From positions 1-64,000 of the forward strand of contig NW_003314443.1 in the NCBI RefSeq assembly GCF_000143415.4: a stretch of 64,000 nt of DNA, in the 5' to 3' direction. A model generated the notes under the pieces. That model saw only the letters and a list, made by a program, of their open reading frames with translations, did not search any database and was not told where the DNA came from. The translations under genes and the position numbers were made by a program. Shown here in pieces: positions 1-11,380 of this stretch; position 1 is the first letter of the stretch, and every line of letters begins with the position of its first letter. The DNA comes from Selaginella moellendorffii (lineage: Eukaryota > Plantae > Lycopodiophyta).

Positions 1-1260
1 ACATTGCCTGCACCATAATCGTCAACCAAAACTGGACAAGGAAAAACAGAAAAGAAGATCAAACCTTTTTCCTGTACTCTCTTTTGAGAGCGGTCTCTTC
101 GCAAACTTCAAACCGTTGGAAGCCAAGAACTGCATAGTGATCCCCGGACCCCAGAATTCGTGCAACCTCTTCCTCTGCCACCGTCTGGTCGACATCAGGA
201 GCACCACTCACGGAAGGCGAATTCTCGTCTTCAGCAGCACTGCTAAATCTTTGAGTTTGAGAACTGGACTTGGGAGCTGCCTTGCCTTTACTAAACCGAT
301 CGTGTACCTTTTCACTTTGTCTTCTCTGCTCGACAGTGGCGACCAAGTAAACAATCACGTCACTGGACACGAAGGACAGGCCACAGCAGAGGAATAGTCC
401 AAGCCACCCTCCATGAACCTTGCACGAGTAAACCGCGTAGAGCAAGAGGATGATCCAAGCGGCAGGTTGCTGGAAAAGGTAGAGAGTGCCTGGAGCACGA
501 CGGTGAGAAGAAATCCACTTCACCAAAAGTCACTGACCTGCAATTAAGACGACTGCGAACGTCGTCCAGAAGCTCCCATACATCCACGAAACAGAAGCTC
601 CATACAAGCTCAGGACGATGAAACCTGGAGTTAATCCAAGGAAAAACGATGTGACTATCGTGACCACCTGGAAGAGAAGAAAAAACTATGTATGAAGCAA
701 ACAAAATGGAGAAAGAAGCAAAGGCCAAAGCTTGGAGAACTTACAGTGGCAATGGCGATGGAGAGGAATCCTGCGAGCACCGCGAGGTTGAGAATGGAGC
801 ACCAAAAAATGAGGCACAAGGCCGCGGAGCTCAATCGCAAGACCGATTTGATCCCTCGCAGCGAACAGTCAAGCGTAGCGACGAGAAGAATCAGGAAAAA
901 CCTGCCAGCGAATATGCCCCATCTCTCCACTCCCGGCCACCACCGCTCGACGACCTTCCCGGCCCTCGATCGAATTGTCGCCATGACTGGCACCAGCTTG
1001 TCGACGAATCTCAACAGCGCGGCCTGGAGCGCCAGCAGCGTCGGCTCCTGCTCGGCCCACTGCCGCGCCTGGAGAATGTAGCGATTGATCGACCCCCATT
1101 TCCGCGACAAACCCCTCGCTTGCTGCTGCCTCCGCCTTATACTGCCGATGAAATCCCTACCATCCGGCGCTGCCGCGCGCTGTGACGAGCTTGCCGATCG
1201 ATTGGAAGAAGCTCGGCCGCGGCTGCCACGCCGCGAATCCCAGCTCGCTTCATCTGCCAT
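1..1260 (-). CDS. DnaJ/Hsp40 J-domain membrane protein (DNAJC14-like plant family), multi-exon, 3' end runs off the window
   Basis: Exon 745-1260, exon ~539-667 (VVTIVTSFFLGLTPG...WMYGSFWTT), then an exon ending DHYAVLGFQRFE...LKREYRKK followed by an acceptor and 'AM' at the window edge, i.e. the start of a J-domain after several TM segments. GT-AG junctions keep the frame. Confidence 0.85.
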
Positions 1261-1346
1261 AGCTCATAGCTTAGGTTTAGGGCTCCTCCACACACATTTG
1301 TTCAAACACAATGTATATAAAAGAATTTACAGGAAGAACAAGAGCT

Positions 1347-3033
1347 CTAAAAATGCTGTGGCGATGGCTCAAAGCCGTGGACGCGAACTCTGTAAAGGCA
1401 AGTGTGAGAGGCGCTACCGTGGTTGGATGTAATGTGGATTCGCACGGTGTTGATCAGCTCCCTCGACACTTCTTCCGGGAAGCTAAAAGTCTGGATGTTT
1501 GATCCATCCAAACTATAGCTGAATTCTCCCAGCAAGAGCTTCTTCACTGGCCGCGCGATCGTCCCGGCTTGGATGCTTCGCTCCAGCCAGCCAAAGACGC
1601 GGAAATCTTTGGGAGCGCTCGTCACGTCGTAAGCCACGCTCTGGAAGAAAGAGGAAGAACCAAACTTTAGTCTCGAGAGCTTGAAGAAAACGCTGGACTA
1701 AGTTTCTCTCGATCGAAGTTTTCTATCTCTCTCTCGCTCAAACACTCGAAAAAAGAAAGAGGAAGAACCGAACTCTAGTCTCGACAGATTAACGCTGGAC
1801 TAAGTTTCTCTCACTCCCGGATCAAGGTCTCTCGCTCAAACACTCGGAAAAAAAGGGAGAGGAGGAGGATCATACCTTTGGGACGTGCTCGATCGTAATG
1901 GCGTCGGGATGTATGTGAGTTCTCAGCGCAATCTCCACGAAAACATTGCTTCCTTTGAGTGGAAGGCACTGCCCCGGCTCGCCATAGCTCGGCTCCAAGA
2001 CTTTGTGAGCCATGGGATGCCTCACCGCGCCTCCGGCCGAGAGCCCAGCTCCAAGAATGCTCAGCCACCCCGCCCGGCCACCCGTGAAAAATCCCTCCGA
2101 GTGCTCGATGATCTTCCCTCCTCCACTGCCAAGAGCATAGTCCACCCGACCGATTCCATCCGCCGAGTGCTTCTCCAGCTCCGCTTCCACGATCTGTCTC
2201 GCAGCGATTCTCACGTCGTCCAGAGTGAGAGATTTTCCAGACTCTTCCGCTGCTCGCTGCTGGATGATCGACGCGATGAGTTCCATCCCTTCCTTCTTCG
2301 TGAGAAGCCCGTCCTGCGTGAGCCTTTGCACGGAAGAATCCATATCCTCCACCTGTGATCTCAAGTTCAAGATGCTCGTCTCTAGAGCCAACGCCTGCTC
2401 CTCGATCTTGTCCCCCACATCTCTCCTCAGCCCCTCGATCTCCTTCCCGATCTTCATATCCACGAGCTCGAGCTGGACTTGCATCCACTTGGTCGTCTTC
2501 CTCGAGAAATCCTCCAGCTCTTTCATCTGGGCCATCGAGATCCCCGGCGCTACCCCTGGATCCCGGCTCCACTTCCAGGCAGTAGTGGCCATCACTGCCA
2601 GCATCACAGCGATGAAGACCGGCTTGGAGAAGAGCGGCCCCGCGAGATGGTGGTGAGTCTCCGCCCCCGGCCGCGAAGAACTATCCTGCTTGTGTGAAGA
2701 TCTAGCTACCTTGTTACCTGTCTTGGGCACCCGAAGCGATGTCTTGCGCAGCGGCGACGACACCGCCTCGCCCTCCCCATTCCCAACGCTGCAGCACGTC
2801 TCGCAGCCGCCATTGGCCGTGTTGCTCGCGGGATTCGCAGCGCCAGCATCGGCGGCAGCGCCGCCATTGTCGATGCCCTGTTCTTCCGGAGCTGCTGCGA
2901 CCATGGAGTGAGACCTAGAAGTGGGAGGACGCTTCCTCGCCCTAGAAGGAGCGGCGGTAGCGGCGGCGGGAGGAGGAGGAGGAATCGAGCCGGAGGTGGC
3001 GGTGGAGGTGGAATTCACGGCGGCAGCCAGCAT
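1347..3033 (-). CDS. SUN1: C-terminal SUN-domain inner nuclear membrane protein (SUN1/SUN2-like)
   Basis: Exons 1876-3033 and 1347-1640. TM helix, coiled coil, then SUN motifs DYALGSGGGKI, PGQCLPLKG, ITIEHVPK|SVAYD..SAPKDFRVFGW and SNHGSASHTCLYRVRVHG. Confidence 0.93.
1645..1868. repeat. Two diverged ~110-bp tandem units making up most of the SUN intron
   Basis: gaaagaggaagaacc.aact.tagtctcga...acgctggactaagtttctctc...ctctcgctcaaacactcg occurs twice (~1645-1750 and ~1755-1850). Confidence 0.75.
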
Positions 3034-3356
3034 CTCATCCGCCCGCGCGACGAGAGAAAGAGAGGGAAAAAAATTAGCTCAAGCCCTAGATAACCGATCC
3101 CGATCCAACGGTAAAGAACAAAGATTTTAGGGTTTGTTACTTTTGGATCTTCTAAAGGTCGCTTTAAAAAGATAAAATTAGGGCTTAAAGGCTAGTTTGG
3201 AAGTTAGAACTTCCTCTTCATTGGTGTTGGCAAAGTCCGATGCAAAGATTAAACAAAGAACCAAAGAATCTTTCGTCACTCTTTGATCACTCCAATTATA
3301 CTCGACTAGATCCTATTTTCGCAAGAACTCTACTACTACTTCGTCTTCTCGCAGCG

Positions 3357-4128
3357 ATGGATGAAGCATCGTCTCTTGATCTTAACTTGTCCCCGACTAC
3401 TCCATCCTCGTCGTCCCAATGCAACTGCGATAGCACAACAAGATCATCGAGCTGGTCAGTATAAACTCACCTCCAAAAAATCACTCTTTCGTTCTTCCTC
3501 TTGCTCGTCACGATTCCAATCCTTAGCGTTGCACTGCGTTTGCGAATTATTCTTTTACCAGCTGCTGTCAGATGCCACCACCGCCGCCACCTCCAAAGTC
3601 TCGTTCTCGGCCTCGACTCCGGCCTCGCAGCCTTTCCTCCGTGGCAGCTTCTTCGTGCAGCAACGAGCCATCGTCTTCCAGGCCTTACGAGTGCCGTTTC
3701 TGTCCCATGAAGTTTGCAAAGTCTCAAGCTCTGGGAGGACACATGAATCGGCACCGCCAAGGTGAGAGAAACTTAGAGCGCATCGTCTTCTATACTTTGA
3801 TCTTGCAGAGAGAGAGCGCGAACAGCTGCTGCACGCACGAAGACTTGTTATGGAACAAGATTGGCCTACCGGTGCTCTCATGTAAGTATAAAGGCGAATT
3901 TTGATCCGCCACCAAAACTTTGCTCCTGTGCTGTGTAGGTTGTCGGACCCAAAGGCAGTCATTTCTTCCTTGGTCCAAGCCCACCAGCAGGAAAACTTCT
4001 TCAACAATGTACACGACTCAAATGCGTCGCTCGCCATCAGCTCACGGGACTCGACTCGGCCGCAATCGAGTCACGTAGCTGCAGAAGTTGAGCTTAGATT
4101 AGGAACAGGGAACAGGCAAGAGAAGTAA
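3357..4128 (+). CDS. JAG: JAGGED/NUBBIN-like single C2H2 zinc-finger repressor
   Basis: Exons 3357-3454, 3562-3761, 3809-3881 and 3939-4128 join in frame. N-terminal EAR motif LDLNL; finger YECRFCPMKFAKSQALGGHMNRHRQ|EREREQLLHARRLV, the JAG-type finger plus following helix; C-terminal VELRLG. Confidence 0.8.
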
Positions 4129-4149
4129 ACAAGTCATACCTCCCGAAGT

Positions 4150-6215
4150 CTATACGTCTTGAGGGATGGAAACTCTATCGGACGTCAAAACTTCTTCGTC
4201 GATTGCGGGAGGGGGGAACGAAGAAGAAGACGAAAGCCAATCGTTGTACAGAGATGGATTTCTCCAGGAACTTCGCGACGAAGAAACCATCGGCATACTG
4301 AATACTGAGGACGCGTGAATTTGATCTTGGCCAAAGCCCATGGTCATCTTGTAAGCGGTCTATGGAAAAACGACACAAAAATATTTCCGAGTGAGTGCCA
4401 AGACGATTGAAACTTCATTATTACCTTTGCTCTACCCACCATGGACAAAGCGTCGACTGCAATGCTCTGGATAACACCTCTCGCCCTCGAAAGCCTTCCT
4501 TGTTCGGAAACTAGTGGCCTGCAAAAATTTATTCGTGTTAAATTTACACAAATCCAAATGCAACTCGTGGAATGAAGCACTTTCCTGTCGGCATTGGCAA
4601 TCAAAGAAGCCGACTCAACGTCGTCTGGCTTTGTCACTTTGAATGCTTCGCTATTACCTACGGAACAAACTTGTGTTACTTTCCCTATTCCTTGAAAAGA
4701 TAGAGCAAAGAGATACGTACTCGATGACCCTTGAGGTGCTAACAGCAAAATGCCCACGAACAAAGCGACTATTCCCACTATGAACATGCAGACCCTGAAA
4801 CCATCAAAAACCTGGAGCCAAAAACTTTAACCAGATGAACAGCAAAAGACAGTACCCGGTATTCTTGGAAGTAGACGAATCCAGTGAAAATGGAAAACGT
4901 TGTCCAGGAAATTTGTAGCATGGGCACAATGAGGATTGCATCAAACATAGAAAGTCCATCGTTCAGCCGCACCATCTGCAGGCGCAACATTCGGAACTTA
5001 CGTCAAATCAAAGCAAGCCAATCTTACCCAGAACGCAGCCGTGACGAAGAAGAGAGACAGAAGCAAGTAAGTAAACCAGCCATCCAGTTGACTCTCCCCG
5101 TTCAATGTCAGTCGAAGTAAGATTGATCTGAAAGAGAAAAGGCAGCACTTTAACCAGTTAGCACGCAATATGTGAAGACAAATGCATGCTTACAAGGACT
5201 TTGCAAACAACACCGAGTGAGTCCCCACGGCTCCAGAGACAACAGCGTAGCAGAACGGCATGAGGAAGTGCCAGTTGCGGTTAGTGTTTGAACCCTGTTC
5301 ATGGACGAGCTGCCTTCCTTTCCTGAAAAGCCTCTAAACAATCCAAAGAGCTAGTAACTTGAGAGAGTATAGTACCTGTATGCAGCGTGGTGAAGAGCTA
5401 TGATTATCAAAAGCACCGCACAATATACCAGATACATATGATTTTTGTAGTTGCGAAGCAGCTCGTCTGGAGTGAAAACTACAAAACAGAAAAGGAAGGA
5501 AAGAAGCCAAAAATTAGATAAAAAGGCAAATCACACCTCAAGCTTTCTACCTGGAGACTGATGGTTGCCAAAGGCAACTAGAAACGCATTGCCTACGACA
5601 ATGAAAGCTGTGGCAAGTATTATTCTGATCACACAAGACAAAAGCTAGCAACAATGTCATGAAAAGTTCTCAACTAACAGTGCAGCCACCTTGATGTCAC
5701 AAGTTCGTGCAAAACAAAATACGCAAAGCCGATGTTGGAAATAAATTGCACGGAACCGAGAGCCGCAAGCAATGACTGGAAGAACACGAGTTTAAGTAAA
5801 AATAAATTGGATCCATTCAAAGCTTGCCTGTGCCGCGTAGCCAAAGGAGATGAAGTTAAGGCAGTTGCCAAAGAAAAAGACGATGAGACCTGGGAAAAAA
5901 ACAAGTAGCCACTAAGAAATGTTTTTTCTTCGAGCTCGCTAGCCAAGATCCTAGATCCCAATGCAAGAAAAATTTACCTGCCCTCCATGCTTGGAACTGG
6001 ACCACTGATTTCCGGTGTGGCAATTTTCCCCCTTCTGCCGCGCACTCCCTTTCTCTCTAGAAATCCGAGCAAGGGTCTAAGAAATTCTATCTCTTCTCTG
6101 CCACTGGAGTTTGGAATCTTGCCTGGTTGTGGCCCAGCTTGAGAAGATTTGTGCCGAGATTAATCCCAATGCTGCCGAGGATGTTGATCGCGGCGCCGAC
6201 AATCCACTCGCCCAT
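4150..6215 (-). CDS. NIPA8: NIPA-family probable magnesium transporter (NIPA8-like), about 10 exons
   Basis: MGEWIVGAAINILGSIGINLGTNLLKLGHNQ, SLLAALGSVQFISN, LNDGLSMFDAILIVPMLQISWTTFSIFTGFVYFQEY, C-terminal GFGQDQIHASSVFSMPMVSS. Confidence 0.88.
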
Positions 6216-6895
6216 CGCGAAATCGATGGCGCTGCCCTAGAATCTCAGCTAGAGAGCATTCTAGATCTGGAGCTCCCAGTAGCGCGAAGAAGGTCGGCAG
6301 TCCTCCTCACGCCGTGACTCCTATGCCTACTGGTAAAGAAATCTATTTCTATTTGTTCTAACAACCTTTAGGGTTTTTAGGGTTTGTGGTGATAGACTTT
6401 GCAATGCTGCCTGTAGATCGATCCAGAACACGCGAGTAAGGTGTGATTGCGTTGTGCTCTAAGCGGCGGCTCGTGGCAGCGTTTGATCTCGCCTTGTCGT
6501 GGATCATTTCGATGACGCAGCGTAACTCTTGTGACTCCCGAGTTTAGCTGCAAGCGTGTAACCACAGTCTACTATCTTCCCATTGATCCGGGATTTTCCA
6601 AAGAAACATTCGCAGTCCCACATAAGAACGAACGATCTACGGGCACTTGCCACCAATAAAATTAGTGGGTTTGATGACCCCAGGGCCTCTCAAATTTCTT
6701 GGTTTTTACGTTTACGATCAATACAAAAAATCATCCGCCACCAACCTCTGAAGTTAAGAAAATTTATGACAGAAGAGAAGTAACTGTGTTGTGATCAAAC
6801 GCTGCCACGAGTCGTTGCTTAGAGCAACGCTACAATGCCAAGCTGATCTTATCTTTCTTTCCTTTCGTGTTGAGTTTACTCGCATTTTTGGAAGT

Positions 6896-7352
6896 ATGAT
6901 ATCGTTCTCAGTGATCTCGTCTATTGTTGCTGCTGTGGCATTACTCCTCGCAATGCAAATTAAGGTAAGAGTTTGCTTGTACGTTCGTACATTCATTTGT
7001 ACCACAGGCTTGTGGAGACTTTTCAAAAGTTTGCACAGATATTCAACTTACAGAGGACAAGACCTTCATCACCGCAATCTGCCCTCCTCGCACACGCACT
7101 GCATATCTTCCCATTTACAGGTTCGTTGGAAACACTAATGGAAAGCTTTGCTATCCCGGTTCAGACTTTCTACTGACGTGCGACGAGGTGTCTATGGAAA
7201 GAATGGACGACGGAGATTACTATCTATTAGCAATGTGCAGAACAAACGATCCCCATTTATTCATTGGAACAGAGATCAATCTCGACAAGTTTGTGTTTAA
7301 CATGGGGGGTTACTTGCGCTTATGTCACAGAAAGGACGAGCTACTGCGTTGA
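6896..7352 (+). CDS. Secreted cyanovirin-N homolog (CVNH lectin), 137 aa
   Basis: Exon 1 (6896-6964) encodes signal peptide MISFSVISSIVAAVALLLAMQIK; 43-nt GT-AG intron 6965-7007; exon 2 (7008-7352) encodes ACGDFSKVCTDIQL..ITAIC..IYRFVGNTNGKL..GSDFLLTCDEVS..LLAMC..TEINLDKFVFNMGGYL, the two ~50-aa internal repeats of CVNH. Confidence 0.85.
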
Positions 7353-10300
7353 TTCCCACCTATGAGTCTGAAACAAGAGTTGAAGTAGTGTGTTTAGGAA
7401 ACAGCTTTTGTTCCCCAGAAACTGAGCAAGGAAGTTATCTCTGCCACTGTAATCTAGCTTAATCCCATCCCTGTTTTTTCAGGATACTGAATGCTCAAGC
7501 TTCTTCAGGTAATAATTTTGGCATGACCAAAAAAATGTCATATGACAGTTTGAGCATTCAAAGATTTAAAAATAATTTGCTGCATGTTGCATGCAACAAT
7601 GCTTGGTTTTCTTAATAGTAGTGTCATTGAATAATCCACTTGATCAATAATTATAAACATGTTTATAATTTATAAATAAAAATAAACATATTTATAAATT
7701 ATAAATACTAGATTAATATAAATAAGTAATAATCTTTAGTATCTTAGAATATCCAGGGATATTCTAAGTATATCCACTACCATATAGGTTTTGCTTAAAT
7801 AAACCAATAAATGACATTTGATATGGAAGATTTTTCAAACAATGTCACAAAAAAATTTATTCTAAATATACCTTTGTTAGTTTTAGCCTAAAACCTCCTC
7901 GACTAAAATTGAAAAGAACTTTGGAAGGAAAGCTGATGGAGACTCTTTTGGATCTGATAAGAGGAAGATCAAGTATTACAAGTCAAAAAATTAATAGAAA
8001 GTGAAGAGGATTGAAGAGATATTTCTGGAGATGAATATGTGATTATGTATAAAAGCATTATATATTTACACTTGTGTAGATATATATTTTTAGTTTGAAT
8101 TTCACATAATATTATAATGCACACAATCATGTTTTGATTGCTTAATAGCAATTGAAACATGACAGTGTACATTATAATTTTAGCATGGGTGAATCCAACC
8201 TATGTTAACTAGGATTACTTTCTAAGATTGCCATAATGTCATGTTACAATTGGGTGGCAAAAACATTCAAAGATTAACACACTGCCTAGCAGCAAGCTGG
8301 CTCATCCAGCACACCATACAATGCTGAAATCTTTATCAATTCACTGATAATCTCCTATAGCTCCTAAAAATAACTACAATATTCTACTAACTTAGAATTT
8401 TGTTCTTGGTGAACATGCCACAATACATATGGCATTTGAAATTATTGCTTGTTTTGAGGTAGAGGTCAATAAAACTTTAGATTGACAACCTAAATGCATG
8501 TAGCCACTGCAAATCATAAGCACATGCTCAATGCACTGGGAGCCATAATCAAGCACTCCAATGTTGCAATGACATTGCCAAATTGGCACAATTGGCAATG
8601 GACAATGGCTAAAGCATGGAGGCTTAGAGCCAATACTCTTCTCACATGATACTTGGTTTAGCTATGTTTCTAATTAGGTTGATAGACCAATCATTTTGTC
8701 ATGCATTTCTACCATTCTTGACAAACTTGAAAGATGAAGAAAAAGATGTTGATATGGCAATATACTAATCTGGATTAAAAATTCCTATATATACCTTGAA
8801 AAAAAGTGGCATCCAAAAGAACATATCACACCTGTGTGTTTAAAAAATTCAAGCACATATGTGTTTTAAATTCACATCTTTTAAAGTATACTAATTTTTT
8901 TTGCCATGTTGTATCTCCCCTCAAAACCTGCAATCATGCATGGCTTGCCATAGATATTCACCCTGGTGATTTTTAGAAGGGAATCAAAATATCAATATTT
9001 TCTATAATAATATCATTTGACATTTATATTTTAGTAGATAAATGTCAAAACAAATTCCTCATTTTAGTAAAATTTATTCTTTGGTTTTGTCCTTCAAAAA
9101 TGTCTAAAGCTATTAAGTACACTAGGACTTTTTACCATCTTCAACTTTTGCATTTCAGAACTTAATTTGAACATTTCACAAATATCTCTTTAAATATTTA
9201 CCCAAACCCAACCCAAGAACATAATCTCATTCATGACTCTCAAAACTCCTCAATATCTTTTGTTAATTTTAATGGTCTATAATATTTATGAATGCTGGGC
9301 TAGTAACAAGTTTTATGTTTAAGAAAGCTTTGCTAAAATTATTGATAATCAATAAATAGACCAAGACCCTTTAATCTTGTTTCTATTTTCTTTATAAAGA
9401 AGAGTGTTCTTTGTGAGGAATTTCTTTATAGCTTATGAACTATTATAAACACATAGTGTTCTTAAACTTGTAATAGCAATTTAAGTGTATTGAAAGAAGT
9501 TTTGGAGAGTTTAGAAAGAATTTTAAATTCAACCCAACTTTGTAAGATTGTAGAGAAGGAATCTTCAAATTATTTATGACCAACTATGGGAACACAATGA
9601 TCCTGAGTGTGAAAGAAGATTTAGGAGAGGTCTCAAAAGAGTTGGAGTGGTCAATAAAGAATTTTGGTGCAAGAAACAGCTCATCACTTTCACCATTTGA
9701 ACAAGAAAGACGCTAGACAACAAGCTAGAAATAGTGAATAAGAATGAACTTCTAAACGCAGTTTATATTAGTGGTAACTACAACAAATAAAAGGTTAAGA
9801 CCGATACATCACAGCCGTTGGATTAAAGGATATCTTAGAATATACCATCCAAACCGTTAGATTTTAGTGCGGCTACGGTTTCGCGAGGTGGGAGAGACTC
9901 GGGTATTCGTCTTCCTCTGTGCAGCGGAAAGCTGCCATCTCTCGATGTTTGGGTGGCTTGAATCCCTCGGAGCTCTCCATCCGGTTGCACCCAGACAAAG
10001 GCAACCTTTTCCATCCCTCCCTCTCAACTACACAACGGGCCTGTCATGCCGGACTTGGGACGAGCTGGTCCAGGAGCTCAGCTGCATCTATTCTGACGCA
10101 ATTGCTTCGCTCCCTGACGCATCCCTTCCGGACGCCAAGACGCGGCAAAATGCAGCGATCATCCAAGGCATCCAGCCGCCCAAGGACGAAAGGGAGCCGG
10201 CTTGGATGTCGAAAGCCGAAAACCGAAAGATTCCAAGGATTCAAATGAAGAAACCTCGATACCCAAAGAGCCTCACCATGGATTTTAGACGATTCCTGGT

Positions 10301-10759
10301 GCCGGATAGCCACACACAAAAAAAATTCAAAAAATGGATGGATTTAACAGCAAATGAAATCAATCAAGATGTGGACGTTAGATCTTGCTTCACCTGATAT
10401 ATAGAAGCGACTATGTTCAGGAAGTGAAATCTCCCATTACCAAGACAAAATATGTAGATCCTATTTTAAAAGCTTCAAAGTGATTACTGTATTGATGCTA
10501 TTCGTGATGGATAAAGTAGTATCCTAAGAATTACAACGAATTAGGACCATCCAAGGCGTCGTTGCCCTCACGAAGAACAGCTTCGGTCGAATCCAGTACC
10601 GTGGATCCTCGCATTTGCGAGAATGGGCATTTTGATCCTGCGCAAGACCATTGTCTGCTGGATAACTCTCACGCAAGTTTCAACTTGAGCACCGCCAGGA
10701 GCATGTTTGAGAGCATGAAGATGCGCACCTTGGTTTCCTGGACCACCAACGCTCAAAAC

Positions 10760-11380
10760 GCTTGAAGGACAAAATCAGGAGTCAGAACCATACTCAGGTG
10801 CTTCAATCCCTTTCGAAAGCTTCCACAGTCAGACCGTTTGCTTCTAACCTCCAAACCATTCAAACGCCATTTCAGCAGCATTCACTCTCTGCATTATCTC
10901 TTTGGCTTCTTCTGATCCACTCTCGTAGTCTGTCACGCGTTTCCTCCAAGAAGACACAAGAGCATCGTACTCGTGCTTTTCCCACGTCCGCCCCAAGTCC
11001 ACTCACTGATCGATGAGATGGTATCTACTTTGCTGTCCAGCACAATCTCCTGAGGGAAGTCTTCTCTATTCACCACCCTGAGCTTGTTACCCTCAAAACA
11101 GTCGCTCTGGGCTCGTAGATCATGACCGGAAGTACCAGACGAATGCAGATTTACCAACCCCCGAATTTCCATTCAAATGGCAGCACAACATCCACATGAA
11201 CGGCACCAGGATCTTCCTGATCTCTTTGTACAACCCATCGAATATCTCCTTCACGTACAGCTTCAGAATATTGCTGTGGAATGTGGTCAGACGAGCACCT
11301 TGAGCAAGAAATTTCATCCGTTCCAGATGGAACATTGATCTACCATGCCTGGAGATCTCCTAACATAGACTGCATGTTCC
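10760..11380 (-). pseudogene. Frameshifted P-loop NTPase fragment (Crinkler/RHS-type NTPase-like)
   Basis: KLYVKEIFDGLYKEI...LNGNSGVGKSAFVWY (Walker A). The most complete copy (43880-44630) adds YLPAWEKQEY and FEWFGGIPW. A further copy lies at 40790-41410 (+). Confidence 0.55.

Noticed and set aside
7500-9690. Degenerate coding or transposase remnants and a 22-bp AT-rich palindrome at 7649-7670
   Set aside because: No assignable motif; palindromes are expected by chance in such AT-rich DNA.
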